DNA of 63,897 nt, the filler included, from Octopus bimaculoides (taxonomy: Eukaryota), in NCBI RefSeq assembly GCF_001194135.2. It is 6 parts of 6 records of this genome, joined end to end, with 100 filler letters (N's around TTAATTAATTAA, not from the genome) between each part and the next. Parts side by side here need not be neighbours in the genome. Positions count along the whole stretch, not along the records: positions 1 to 27,439 come from NC_068982.1; 5 more parts are not named here. One strand, given 5' to 3'. The notes under the pieces were generated by a model. It saw nothing but the letters and a program-made list of their open reading frames with translations, searched no databases and was not told the DNA's origin. Positions 12,961-27,091 of this stretch are shown here, in pieces. Positions within the stretch are counted from its first letter, which is position 1. Every line of letters begins with the position of its first letter. Made by a program: the position numbers and the translations under genes.

Positions 12961-15154
12961 TCTGAAAAGCACTTTGGCCAATATTTTGAAATTTGCATTT
13001 AGCAGTCATGTATTGAAAATTAACTATGTGACCCCACCACCATCACACTTGTTTCTTGTTGTTGCTACTGTTATTGTTGTTGCTGTTGACTTCTTGACCA
13101 AAAGTTTCTCACCATCATCGTCGTCATCATTGTCTAATGGTCACTTACCTTGCTGGCATGGGTTCGACAGTATGACATGGAGCTGGCTAGCAAAGCTGTC
13201 CAGACTCTGATTGTCTGTTGTGGTATGGTTTCTACCATGCTTTCTCAAATTATTTGGAAGAAATTTTCAAAAGTAAATCACAAATTCTGTCCCAAAGAGT
13301 GAAAATATAACAAATTTGAACAAATCCTTACAACCTTTTGGACTTTCTGAAATAAAATAAAGCACAAACTTTGAATAAGACAGTGAAAATAAAACAAAAC
13401 TGATGAGCAACTGGAAGCGAACATCTTGCTGGCACCACAACAGAAATGATAATAAAGATAATTATTATTATTATTTTCTTCTATTGCCACAAAATGACAG
13501 ATGAAGGAGTAATAATAACATCAATAATGGTATTAAACAACAACAATAATACTACAAATCAAATGCTTTGTATTTCTCCTTCTAGACATTGCCCTACAGT
13601 TTAAAAGAAGTATAAGAATAAAGAATGCAAATTTTTTTATCTTTTCCCCTATTATCATTTCTTGATTACATTTCCGATGTCTGTCTTCCTTCAGTATTTG
13701 ATTATTTTATATGTTTCCTTTTTTTTCCCTTCTCTTAATCTTCAATCTTATTTACTATCAGCTACTTCTTTTTCTTTGTCTTCTGTTTTACATTTATCTT
13801 TCTTCCCATATTTTTTTTTCCTCCTTACATTGCATTTCAATTGAGACATGTTTTACTTTGAGCCAACAAGGCAACATCACTATGGTAGCTCATCTACTAG
13901 ACATCCTCTTCAAATCACATCCTACTCTCTCTTTAAAAGAATTACATTGAATAATATAATGCTAGATAGTTTTACTCTTAGTCTTCGATAGTAATTTCAC
14001 TCATAGCTAGAAAGCATTAACACTTTTGCCAAGCCACATTTCTCATTTTGCCCCAGGATCCCAATACAATATTTTGATTAATTTTGATATGTGCACCATA
14101 TTTTTTCACCATATCATATCGGAGACAAAGATCACATAGCATTTTATACTCAGGACCCACTGCTGGGCCCATTGATAACTTTTGTTATGCTAGTTGTATT
14201 TTATGTTTAAAGATGACAAAGGACCGAGATATCTGCTGCTTTTCTGTACTCAAGAAGACCCATTCACCACAGCAGAATTGTTAATACTGCTACCACTGCC
14301 AAAGAGGATTGGCCTGCAAGAGCCTTGTGCTGGTCCCTGTGCAGGTCCACTGCCCACAGCAAGCTTGCCAGGCCTGTCACAACTTCACTTCACTATCATC
14401 ATCATCATCAACATTTAATGTCTGCTTTCCATGCTGGCATGGGTTGGACAGTTTGACTGGAACTGGTAAGCCAGAGGGCTGCACCAGGTGCCATTCTGAT
14501 TTGGCATGGTTTCTAGGGCTGGACGCCATTCCTAACGCCAACCACTCCAAGAGTGTAATGGGTGAATTTTATGTGCCACTGGCACAGGTGCCATTTAAAT
14601 GACACCAGTAATGGCCATGACTACAATTTCATGGGTGCCATTTATATGACACTGACAACAGTCACAACCGTGGTTTCCCTTGGCTTGACAAGTTTTCTCA
14701 AGTACCAAGATCTCGGTTGCTTGTCATCACCTCCGTGAGGCTCAGCATTTGAAGATCATACTTCATCACCTTGTCCCTCTGTGAGGCCCAACAACTGAAA
14801 ATCTACTCATTTTTAATAACTGAGTAGACTAGAGCAATGAGAAATGAAGTGTCTTGCTCAAGAGTACAATGCATCACCGGGTCCAAGAATTAAAACCACA
14901 ATCTTATGATCCAACCACTAAGCCGTATGCTTCCATACATTGCTATCATACTACATTATTGCACCCTACACTACTACATTACTCCAACAACTCTCTGTTG
15001 CATCCTTGTATCATTTTAGAACTTGTTGGATGAAGTTATTGATATTTTAGGCTGGTTTTGGTTGTGTGTTGTTACGCATATCAAAAACCAAGTCCAGTCC
15101 ACATTTTCAATGAAACTATTTCATCATCATCATCATCATCATCATCATTACCAT

Positions 15155-15185
<31 letters not shown>

Positions 15186-15682
15186 ATTTAGCACCCCTCT
15201 TCCATGCTGGTATGGGTTAGATGGTTTGGCTGGAGCTGGTAAGCCAGAGAGCTGCACCAGGCTCCAGTCTGTTTTGACTTGGTTTCTATGGTTGGATACC
15301 CTTCCTAACACCAACCACTCCAAATAGTGTACTGGGTGTCTATTACATGTCACTGGCACAAATGCCTTTTTCCTTGTCACCAGCATGGGTGTCTTTCATG
15401 TGTCACCAGCATTGGCCATGACCATGATTTCGTTTAGTTTATAAATTTCTATTGCAAAATATAATTTGTAAACACACACATACATGATGTGTTGGAGCAG
15501 CTGTAAGTCTGTTGTACTGAATATAGTAAGTATTTCCTGTAGACCAATGGTGGGATACAATGCTGTATCAAAGCCAACTGGCAGGATTTGAACTTGGTCA
15601 TTACATAATTAATTAACTGCTCAGCATGTTACCATCTGTACCCCACTTCACAGACCTGATTATAATATCACAGTAAATTGTA

Positions 15683-16067
15683 TACTCTTTACTCTTTTAC
15701 TTGTTTCAGTCATTTGACTGCGGCCATGCTGGAGCACCGCCTTTAGTCGAGCAAATCGACCCCAGGACTTATTCTTTGGAAGCCTAGTACTTATTCTATC
15801 GGTCTCTTTTGCCGAACCGCTAAGTTACGGAGACGTAAACACACCAGCATCGGTTGTCAAACAATGTTGGGGTGACAAACACAGACACAAACATACAGAC
15901 ATAGATACATAGATGCATTCTTTCAGTTTCCGTCTACCAAATTCACTTACAAGGCTTTGGTCGGCTATAGTAGAAGACACTTTGCCCAAGATGCCACACA
16001 GTGGGAATGAACCCGGAACCATGTGGTTGGTAAGCAAGCTACTTACTACACAGCCACTCCTACGCCT
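15683..16067 (-). mobile_element. SINE family B, near full length (tRNA-like head, (AAAAGAGT)n tail)
   Basis: Head GGCGTAGGAGTGGCTGTGTAGTAAG..GGTTCCGGGTTCATTCCC; tail CCAGCATGGCCGCAGTCAAATGACTGAAACAAGTAAAAGAGT. Other copies or fragments at about 2160-2260, 17215-17345, 18850-19025, 34670-34810, 35300-35440, 39960-40135, 58560-58620, 61095-61150. Confidence 0.9.
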
Positions 16068-17839
16068 ATCAAGATAATAATAATAATAATAATAATGGTT
16101 TCAAATTTTGGTACAAGGCTAGCAATTAAGGGGCAGGGGTTAAGTCAATTATATCAACCTCAGTGCTCAACTAGTACTTATTTTATTGAGCCTGAAAGGA
16201 TGAAAGGCAAAGTCGAACCTCAGTAGAATTTGAACTCAGAATGTAAAGACAGACGAAATGCCGCTAAGCATGTTGCCCAGTGCAGTAATGACAATAATGG
16301 TTTCAAACCTTGTTGTAGGGCCAGCCAGTAACTTTAGGAAATGGGGGATGGGAGGTAGTTGCATGATTATGTATTTTATAATTTAAGTTTGCATGTTTCT
16401 GAACTAAGGATTGTTGTTAGCAAAGTTTCATACTATGTATTTGAGGGGACTGTATTTGTTGATTAGTTCTTCTTCTTCATCTTCTTCTTCTTCTTCTTCC
16501 TCTTCTTCTCATCATCATTATTGTTATTATTATTTAGCACCCATTTTTCATGCTGGCTTGGGTTAAATGGTTTGACCAAAACTGGTAAACCAGAAAGCCA
16601 CATCAGACTGCAGTCTGTTTTGGCTCAGTTTCAATGGCTGGATACCCTTCCTAACACCAGTCACTCCACAGACTAAAGTTGGTGCCTCTTACATATCACT
16701 GGCATGAGTGCTTTTTACACATCACTGGCATTGGCTACAACTCTGATTTCAGTAGGCTTGATGTGTCTTCTCAAGCACAGTAAATCACCAAAGGTTTTGG
16801 CCACTTGTCATTGTCTCCGTGAGACTCATGTTTGTGAAACATCTTGTAAGAAGTAAATCGATTCTATAAATGTTTCCTCAGCACAAATTGGCAAGTCTGT
16901 GCATAGATGTGTTTGCCCTTTTAAAAATAACACCTAAATGTTCCTCAAATTACACTCTGCTATCTTCAGAAAAGTTAAAAAGAAAATATGAAAAAAAAAA
17001 AAAAACCCCACTTTGGATAGTAGATCTCTAAATATACTGTCTGTTTAAAAAGACAAGCTAGTGGTGGCTGCAACACCTTTGATTGTAGATCTGTTCAGTG
17101 AAAGCTGATTTGAAGATAAACAATAACAATTATATTACTTTCAGATTACAATCGCTTCCACTTCCTATTGCTTTGCAAAAATTATTTTTGTCATATGAAT
17201 CTTTTTTTTCCTTTTTAAGCAGGCTGTGTGGTAAGATGTTTGCTTCCCAACCACATGGTTCCGGACAAGTGTCTTCTACTACAGCCTCGGCCCAACCAAA
17301 GACTTGTGAATGGATTTAGTAGAAGAAAACTGAAAGAAGCCCCTTGTCAGCTATCCATTTATATAAATTGCTTAATCGCTGGTGTCTGGTTTTGATAGGT
17401 TCTGTGGCACACGCACACACACACACATATCATCTTTATTAACATTTAACGTCCATTGACCATGCTGGCATGGGTCTGGGTCAGACATCTTAAGAGGGAC
17501 TGGCAAGGTGAGGGGCTGCACCAGGCTCCATAGGCTGTTTTTGGCTTGGTTTCTATGGCTTGATGCCTTTCCTAACACCATATACATATATATGTATATG
17601 CCACAGAACCTCCCAAACTAGACACCAATATCTAAACAATTTCTAAACCTAATTAGATTATCTATGAAGAAAACTAATCAATGCTGATGTAAGAGATCCC
17701 CACAATCTATGAAACCCACAAACACTTTCCACTTAACAAAAATGAAGAACAACTCATAATAATGAGACTAAGATATAAGAAATTCACTATCAAGCATAAA
17801 ATATGTGTATTCCAATCATCAGCTGCCGAACAGATATTA

Positions 17840-18310
17840 CCACAAGATGTAGTAAAAAAGTACCCAAGCTTTGGCCAAAAAACAAGTAATATTAAAAAAT
17901 TAACCAATTTGATTTAGTCTCCGTCAAAGTATTTGCCTTGGGAGTCTACACACTTCTGCCAGAATTCCTGCCACTGCTGGAAACATTTCTGGAAATCACT
18001 TTTTGGGATGCTGTACAGCTATGCTGTCAAATTTTGCTTAATGCCCTCTGTTGACTCAAATCTTCTCCCTTTGAGTGTTTTTTTTTTTTTTTGAGCTTTG
18101 GGAATAGCCAAAAGTCACACAAGAGTAGGGAGCCTGACGAACAAGTGGTGTATTTTGCTTGACGAGGAATGCTTGGATGATGTGGGTGGAATGAGCGGGT
18201 GCGTTGTCTTGGTGAAGTTGTCAGTTCTTTGCTGCCCACAGGTCAAGGTTGTTTTTGTTGCACAGCTTCATGAAGACAACAAAGAATCTTCAGGTAGTAT
18301 TCTTTGTTAA
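17840..18310 (-). mobile_element. mariner transposase 3' fragment (pseudogene)
   Basis: Minus strand reads LHQDNAPAHS..QAPYS(deletion)CDFWLFPKL..FQKCFQQWQEFWQKCVDSQGKYFDGD* (stop 17914-17916), followed by a TIR-like end. Frameshifted. Confidence 0.9.
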
Positions 18311-18669
18311 TTGTCTGACTTGGTTGGTTGGTTGGTTGGTTGGCTGGCTGGTTGGTTGGTTGGTTGGTTGGTTGGTTGGCTTGCATGCATGTATGTATGT
18401 GCAGATTTGTGTTTTATGTATGTATTCACATGCATACAGTTGCATGTGTAGACATGTTCATATATATTTAACTGATAAACTTCTAGAAAGTTTTACAGAT
18501 TTTTATAGTTCCAGGGATGGATTGGATCGGTAGTCTTCAAATTAGCTTTCCCCTTTCTGGTTTTGAGAAGCCTAATTTCTCAAGATTGGTATTTAGGCAG
18601 TGTGTTACATATCTCAGGGCACCAATAATTACAAGTATGCATGCATGTATGTATGTATTTATGTATGCA

Positions 18670-18715
<46 letters not shown>

Positions 18716-18735
18716 TAAACGCAAAACAAGGTGGA

Positions 18736-18822
18736 AAAGCATCACAAAACTGTTACTCTAAGTTTCACATTTTCATTCATTGGACAGTCGTGAAACTCTG
18801 AGTAACAGTTTTGTGATGTTTT
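18736..18822. repeat. 87-nt hairpin, ~33-bp stem
   Basis: CATCACAAAACTGTTACTCTAAGTTTCAC (18740-18768) pairs with GTGAAACTCTGAGTAACAGTTTTGTGATG (18790-18818); 21-nt loop. Confidence 0.9.
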
Positions 18823-20927
18823 GCAGCTTTAATAAAAAGAGTACACGTACACACACACACACACACAAAACTTAGTGATTCAGCAAAAGAGACTGACAGA
18901 GTAAATACCAGACTTAAAAATTGAAAAAAGTAAGTACTAGGGCCAATTTGTTCAACTAAAATTCTTCAACGCAGTGCCCCAGCATGGCTACAGTCTAATG
19001 ACTGAAACAAGTAAAACATTAAAGATAAAATGTTGATATGAAGAACTTTTTCTTCTAAATTCTAGAGGCAGTAGATTCAGTGGGTGAGTAATCTGAAAAT
19101 TTTCATTTGCTATATAAGGGTGGGTGGATAACTCCTTTATTTCCTTCAAAGATATTAGTGAACTATTTTTCTATTTCCTATGATAATATTCTAAATATCC
19201 TCAATATGAATTTGGCAAACAAATCATGTTTTCTATTTATGTAAGTACAGTACTATATTCTCTAAAGCAGCAACCATAATCGTTTCAGACAAGCCAATTG
19301 GAAAGTTACTATAATATTTTATGTTCAATCAATATTGCCCTCTAGAGGAAATGAAAAAGTTAATTGCTCAATGAATTCTTCAGTGACCTATAATGGAATC
19401 CAAATCTATTTGGAACAGTCTTGAAATTTATTTAGTACTTGACATAATTATTGAAATTAATTATTAAAAAAATATATATCTTTAAAACCCACTTTATTTT
19501 ATAATTAGTTTATACTAATATGAGGTTAGGGTAGTATCGAGCTAGGATATATATTGAATTACTCTCTCTCTTGATCATATAGGGTCTTGAATGTTTTTTT
19601 AATGTATGATCAACAATACCTCTGTGTAATAAGGGATCAGTCATTTTGAAAACATACAAATCATTATTCCTTTCAAGTAAGCATTGCCATTCACCTCTTT
19701 TTTTTTTTTTTTTTTTGAAAGAATTATCATTTCACAAAATATTATTCTAACTCTACACACAGCATTAACCTAATTAGAATTGCCACAATAACATGAAAAA
19801 TATAGTTTATTTTTGATCAGTTTTGATCCTTTACTGAATCCAAACATGCTCCCCAAATGGATTATTTAACCATTGTCTTTGATGGAGCAGACCATTCCCC
19901 ACTGATTGGGCACTTTTTATCTAATCAGAAAATAGAGAAAAGAAGTAAAATTGCAAAGTTTTCAGAAGTTAAAAATTGGTGTATTTTCAGAATACACGAA
20001 AATCTCCTAATGAAGTTGCCTGGTTATATAGGTTTCATTCGTTTCTTGTTTTTTGGATTGGAAGATTGCTGTTAGATTGTACCATTACAGCATGCACTGA
20101 AGGCCTTTCTTCTAACCTTCTCTAACAATTCTAGTGTTTCTCTAACTCTTCTACACATTAACAATCTACTTGCATCCACATGTAACAAAGCACTCTCTTA
20201 GTTGTAAAGTAAAGACCCCTTTCAGTCATGAATGACCGTGGGATTGCACCTAGAAAGTTATCCTTCGAGGCACAAGTCCAGGCAAGGTTGTTTATGGAAG
20301 ACCAGCAGTAGTCCATGTATACCAGCCTCCACTCTCCATGCCACTGATGTTATCCAAGGTAAAGGCAAAGGTCAATACAGCTTGGCACCTGTGATGTTGC
20401 AACTCATTTCTACAGCTGAGTGAACTGGAGCACTGTGAAATAAAGTGACTTGCTCAAGAATACAACACACAGCTCGGTCTGGGAATTGAAATCACTATCT
20501 CATGATTGTGAGCCTGACACTCTAACCACTGAACCATGTACCTTCACTTATGAGCCAAACACTTCATTTCATGTTACTCTAGTCCACTCAGCTGTAAATA
20601 GGTTCCAGCAATGGTGAGTAAATTAACCCTGCAACAGACTAGTATCCCATTCAGAAGAGAGTATTGTAATATCAATCCTTTATATGCTATAAAAACTGGG
20701 TTAAGCTCCAACATCCAACCTTATCAGTCCTAAGGCTCACGACAGACCCAACCAGAGTCATGTCTTTTTTTTCCAGGCATCATATATATATATATATATA
20801 AGAATGCATTATCTAATTTGAGAGATTTAGCTGATATTTCTAGTAGGTCAAATAACTTCATGGAGGGTCATTGGATACAGGTGTGCTAGTAATGTTTAGT
20901 TGGAACATAGCACAAATAATACATGTT

Positions 20928-20928
<1 letters not shown>

Positions 20929-20994
<66 letters not shown>
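20929..20994. repeat. (AG)n microsatellite
   Basis: Direct reading. Confidence 0.95.
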
Positions 20995-20998
<4 letters not shown>

Positions 20999-21539
20999 TG
21001 ATCCTATCAAGGCTTAAGAACATTCAGTCTCTGAACTTACTAGTCACCTTTAATCAAGTTAAAAAATGCTAGTTTGCAATGATTGGTCTTGGAAACGTCA
21101 TTTTTTCAATATTACTAAAGCTGAATCAGGAAAATTTGGCTTTCTGCTTAGAATCAAAATGCACTTTTGTCCTGAACAGCTTCTAACTTAATATATGTGT
21201 TTTTCAATATGATGATACACTTCCTTCAATTATTGGCTTCTTCTACTGTTTTCAGAAGAAAACAAACAACTGATCAATACACCTTTTCTTTTACTGCAAA
21301 CCTTCAATTCCAAGTCAATCACCATTTAGCTGAATCACCTTTCTATATCCTCTGTTGTTGCTTTCTTATTTAGAATGTGCTGGCTACACTCCAATTTCTA
21401 TGGAATATACTCATTGTCTTTTCTTCTCACTGTTTTGTTTTTGTTTTTGTTTTTGTTTTTACTAAATGTCACATGAAACACTTCACTCCTGTCTTTCATT
21501 GCTAGAAGGACGGCTGTGTACAATTTTTTCAGTGGCTTA

Positions 21540-22400
21540 GTTGATAAGAAAGAGCTGTGCCTAAGGCCTTTAGATGTTCCAGGACTGATGAGATTCATGT
21601 AGTTTATGGTCAGCTCAAACAAGTGTAATTTAACATCTGCAGGAAATATGACATTGTGGAGGATATTTCAGAGGGTTGATGTTTTGATGAAGAAAAATTG
21701 GATGAAGTGGTTAGTACAAGACCTGGGTCTGGCAATGTTTATTCAGATGCATTTTGTGATGTCGGGTGCGAAAATACCTTAAGCTAAGCTTGAAAGCAAT
21801 GAAGTCATAAAAGAATCATCCATAACTTGCATTAAGCAACATTTATTAAAATAAATGTGTTGTATATTGTCCGCACTGGATGGTACTCAGGATGACGTTG
21901 TATGGAAAGATGAAATAAATGAAAGTGAATCTTCTGGTGTTGACTATGAATCTGACGATGACGGAGATTTACACTACAATGATGCTGACATGTTTACGAA
22001 GAAACAAATGGAACGGTTATTTGATACTGAAAGTGATGTTGAATTTGAAGGATTTGAATAAATGTTTTTGCTTTTGCTTTTGTAATTGATAGTGATAAAT
22101 ATGTAAAGGCAATTTACTTGATATTTATTTTTCACTGACATTATTACTGTTATTTCTTTATTTTCTGCTAACAAAGTGCATAAAAAGTTACATGTTTGCA
22201 TTATGTTTTATATGCAATAATAATAAAGGATGTTACCGTATATATGTTTACAAACCAAGGACGTTATATAGACCTCTTTGACTCAAGTTAGAGAAAGGGT
22301 GCGTATTATACACATGGTTTAGGTTTTTCAGAGGTACAGCCCCCTAAAAATCCCCTGCATATTATACTCAAGGGCAGACTATACTCGAGGATTTACGGTA
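21540..22400 (+). mobile_element. pogo/Tigger-like DNA transposon 3' remnant
   Basis: Decayed DDE C-terminus (LRPLDV, LTSAGNM, CCILSALDGTQDDVVW, acidic tail LFDTESDVEFEGFE* ending 22061), then terminus TATACTCGAGGATTTACGG-TA at 22400. Confidence 0.8.
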
Positions 22401-23573
22401 TAATACCTTGCTGTTGTTTACTCCAGAATGATTGAGCAGCAGAACTATGATTAAAGGCATCCCCAATTGTGATAAATTCTCTTTTTGAATTACATTAGCT
22501 CAGATATTCTTTCTTGTTTAAAACAATAGGATGTAATTTGAGTGGGGTTTGGCTGGTATTTCTATATTTCTATGAGTTCATGCCAACTATCGTGCAAGCA
22601 CACTGAAGCTCTTTCTCTCTAATCAGTGAAACAAAGGCATTATTTACAGATTTTCTGGAGCCTATTAGACAGGTGATAGACATAATTAGATAAAGTCTGC
22701 ACAGATCCTCTACAAGAACCTGCTCTTTTCCCCCTTTTCATAGCTTAACCCTTTTCTCCTAACATCAGGCTGAACAGCACCATCCCACATCCCACAAGAT
22801 CCATAGTCTAGCAAGCTGCATGGTAGCCTCAATAGTGCTGGTGGCAGAGAAAAAAAAAAGCACCTGGTACACATAGTAAAGTGGTAGGTGTTTGGAAGAA
22901 CATTCAGCTATAGAAACCATTTCAAAGTAGGACTATATACACAAGACTAGACATCTGCACCCAAGATTATATACCTCTACTGAAGACAATATACCTTATT
23001 TTCCAGCATACAAGTAGAATTTTTCAGACCACAATTTACAGCTAAACACCAAGGCAGTTTTGGAAGATGAAAAATTTCATGTGAAATGCAACAGGATTTG
23101 GAAAGAGAGAGAAGATGTTTGAATGTTTACTATACATGTTCACTCTATATGTAACATCAGCTTGTATACAATATGGGTAGGTTAGATGAGTGGAACATCC
23201 AATTTGTATGACCATAACCGTAGCGTAATGATATCTCTATGATGCACCAGTACATAATTGCCATAAGATAAAGCTTGTTGCACAGTGAAAATAATAAAAT
23301 TATATTTCAAAACTGTGAGAAAATACCAACTGAAATTCTAAAAATAAATTTTTGACAATTACAATTGATTTGTTGAATAAAGAAGTAATTTGTTAATGTT
23401 CAATAGTGTATAGTATTTATATTTATAGGCTGCAATACATAAACACCATTTTTTTCATCCATGTATTGACTTCATGCTTGAAGTGAGCCAAAATATATTT
23501 ATTTTCTCTATTGTGGCCTATGTGTGGAAGGTACTGGGGAACCAATAAGTTAGTATCAAATATTTGTGTTTAA

Positions 23574-23810
23574 CCCTTTAGCATTTAAACTGGTCATATC
23601 CAGCTAAAATAGTCATCTTGTTTTATGTTCAAACTGGCCAGATCTGGCCTCTCACACCTACCCAACATTTGTCATTCTAAGCATAAACAGTCATGTCAAT
23701 GAAATATGAACGCTACAGGATTGAAAGCAGGATATGAAAGCATTATTAATTCAAAATCAATGTGAATAAATAAGCATTACATTTGATAGAATAATCTGAA
23801 TGCTAAAGGG
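23574..23810. mobile_element. piggyBac-type MITE (237 bp)
   Basis: TTAA TSD at 23570-23573 and 23811-23814; perfect 12-bp TIR CCCTTTAGCATT / AATGCTAAAGGG. Confidence 0.92.
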
Positions 23811-23999
23811 TTAAGGATAAGCAGCAGTTCAGTACATTCACACACACACATTTGCATGCACACACATACACACACTATTTTAATGAGAAGACTCAGACTT
23901 GGGGATGAAATTTGCCCACTTGCAGTATTCTTTCTTAAAAAGTCATTACCAGTTCTTTGATATGATTTTTGGTTAACAACTTGCGGATGCATAACAGAT

Positions 24000-24365
24000 G
24001 CTAGCAAGCTTATGGGGGTCATCAGGAGAATGTGTGCCATTTTGGGGCCTTTCCCTCGAAGGTATTATTGCACACCAGCTCCCTCACTGAGAAGAGGCCC
24101 TGCTTGCTTCATCAACTGGTTACTAGGTTTCACTCAATATTCTTCTAGCCATTGTTCATCATCTCTTTTTAACCAAATCCAGTAGCTTACCATCTCCACT
24201 GTAGTCTAGATATCACTTATGATGGCATTTGCTTTATGATGAGTTGTGCCTACTGACAATAACAATACTCTCACATCATGTCCAATGAATCCTTCACATC
24301 CAGCTTTGTTTAGAAGATGCTCTGTTTTCCAGCCTGCATCTTCCCATTCCTTGAGGAGATTTTTA
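24000..24365 (-). mobile_element. RLE-type non-LTR retroelement C-terminus (HERO-like)
   Basis: EWEDAGWK..AGCEGFIGHDVRVLLLSVG..VEMVSYWIWLKRDDEQW resembles the recalled GW....EVGCRGF.G...LL..G...S.WLW.KR...W end of HERO-type ORFs. Confidence 0.6.
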
Positions 24366-25869
24366 TAACAGTCAATTTTTTTAGTCTAAAGCAGCAAAAA
24401 ATTTCTAAATGTATTGTAGAAATGGTGAAAAAAATTCTTCATGCATTTTGAAATGATCTATCACCAGTTAATGGTGATTCTAATTGAAATTTTATCAATT
24501 TCAAGAACTAGACACAAAAAAAAGCTTTCAAATTTTTTTTTTTGAGGAAGCAAAAGTATGACTACCCTATGAAATAACAATATTTTTCAATTTAGGGAGA
24601 AGGCCATAAATTCTATGGAAAAGTTAAGCCAATTTAATTGAAACTTTGGTGCTTAATTGTTATTTATTTCATCAACCTCAGAGGGTAGAAATAAACAATT
24701 TCATAAATAAAAATTAAATAAGAATTTTAACTTAGAATATTGGTTTCAAATTTTGGCACAAAGCCAGCTATTTTGGGGAGAGGATAAGTTGATTATATCA
24801 ACCCCAGTGCTTGACTGGTACTTATTTTATCAACCCTGAAAGGATGTAAGGCAAAGTTGATCTCAGCAGAGTTTGAACTCAAAACATAAAGACAGACAAA
24901 ATACTTAGCAGCATTTTGTCTGGCATGCTAACAATTCTGCCAGCTCACTGCTTTTTTTAAACTTAGAATATTGAGCTCTCCACCCACAGGTCACATTGAT
25001 TCTGCACCCCAACCAATGAACCAAACTACCTCTCACCATGCTCTATACCAACTTATACCCCCCCCCCCCCCCCCCTCACTCCACTTCTGCAGCCTACCTC
25101 ACCATATCCTCTTTCCCTCCCTCTTGTTCTCCCCCTTTCAGTTGTATCATTACTGTCCTGTCACTCTCTTTAATCACTCCCTATTGCACATCCCTCTCTC
25201 TTCTCAAACATATGACCCATCAGTCATCACACTTCAACCCTACACAACTTTTATCTTTTTTTACAGTTGCAGGCTGTCTTCTCATCTTCTCACCTTTACT
25301 AATCTTGCAAAACCCAACCCACCCATATCTCCTCACCTTGGACCTTGAGACGCAACCTGAACATCTCATCTCTAATATCTATCTCTTTGCAGTTCCAACT
25401 GATCATTCTTCTTCCCCCACTACTAAATGTGAGAAATCATACAGCTCTTCTACAAGACCATGTACTGCCTACCACTTTTCTCTTCTCTCATACTTTAACT
25501 TCTCATCCCCTTGCATAAAGCTGATGCACCTCCCTTAAGGTCTGTAGTCTTGCAAGCTGCATAATGACCCCAATAGTGCTGGAGATGCAAAAAAAAAAAA
25601 AACCCACTTAGTACACTCTGTAAAGTGATTGGTATTAGGAAGGGCATCCAGCAATAGAAACCCTGCTAAAGCAGACACTGGAGCTTGATGTAGACTTAGA
25701 TCCATCAGATCCTGTCAACCCACCCAACCAATATCAGCATGGACATTAAATTATGATGATGATGATGGAGGGGGAGAGGGAGGAGGAAGAGGGGAGGAGG
25801 AGGAGGAGGAGGAGAAGAAGAAGAAGAAGAAGAATAAGAAGAAGGCAGTGGTGGTTATTATTATTATTT

Positions 25870-26440
25870 AAGACGTCACACAGAATCCAATGTTGTGATG
25901 TTGTTGATTTAAGATATTGTATTTACAGGGGGTTTGTACTGTCTGTCAACTCACAACAAGGATCTCAGGCAGACAATACTTTATACAATATGCATTGAGT
26001 TTCAAGTAATGCTGAGTTTTGCAATACACCTAGATCGTAGGGTATTTCTAAAGTTTCTAGATGTTTTTTCAGGTTGGGTGGTATTGAACCCAATGCTCCA
26101 ATGACAACAAGGACAACCTTATGTTTGATTCTTGTAGCTACCACATCTTGATGATTTCGATTCTCAGGTCTCCATATTTATCAATCTTTTTCCTTTCTTT
26201 CAGGATAATATGTTGATTTCCTGGCACCACCATGTTGATTATTAGGCACTTTTGTTTGTCCCTCCTAAAGGTTACTATATCTGGCTTTCGGTGCTCTAAC
26301 ACCTTGTCTGTCTGGAAGTCAAAGTCCCAGAGGATTTTTGTCTTCCCCTTTTCATCCATTACCCCTTTCTTATTTTTCTGGCCAGGCTCCCGTGGCTTTT
26401 ATGAGTTTTTCCACGTGTAACCTTTTGAAGCGCCTCCCCC
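25870..26440 (-). mobile_element. R4/Dong-like LINE 3' fragment (RLE endonuclease)
   Basis: KILWDFDFQTDKVLEHRKPDIV..CLIINMVVPG..KIDKYGDLRIEIIKMW followed by VVLVVIGALG-like and LQNSALL-like segments; (TAA)n tail. Confidence 0.88.
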
Positions 26441-27091
26441 CTATTGGGAGTTTTATTTGTTATATCTTTCTCTGTTTTTCCTCTGTTTACGCGAACATTT
26501 TCTTCTTTTTGGACAAAACCCTTTGTAACCTTCGTCCTGTCTTTGTCCTTACATGTCTTTAATTTATATTAGCCCTTGTGGCCAATAAAACCAGAATTAA
26601 TTATTATTATTATTATTATTGAAATGCAATATAACAATACCCTACAATACATTTCACACAACACCCTCCTACTTCTGCCAATAATACTGGCTGAAGCAAT
26701 ATTTTCTCAAAGGTAAATGACATTTTAGGCTAATTTCAGGGCACTGATTCCGAATCTGACATCAGTTTTGGGCTAACACATCAACTTCAGTCACTAAGCA
26801 CTTTAGGTCAGAAACAAAAAAATTTTGGCATGATAGGTAAAGTACAGTTGACTGTTAATTCTTTGATTCAAACCATTCTATTGATTTAAAATTGAAGTAG
26901 TATCTACAAGATGGACGTAATTTTCTTACCAGCTTAATTGACATGACTACCAAGTTACTATATTAGTGAAAGAACCAGAGAACTAAATTGCAAGATAATA
27001 GGCTAATAATAAGGACAAATACTTAAGCCACTATAAAGCAGTGCAAGAAAATGTTTATGAAGCCATGAAAACAATCAAATAATTGAAACCA

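Noticed and set aside
14140-14395. GC-richer stretch with short open frames as a candidate exon of a host gene in the CpG-poor domain
   Set aside because: No recognisable protein motif and no convincing donor/acceptor pair; left unresolved.
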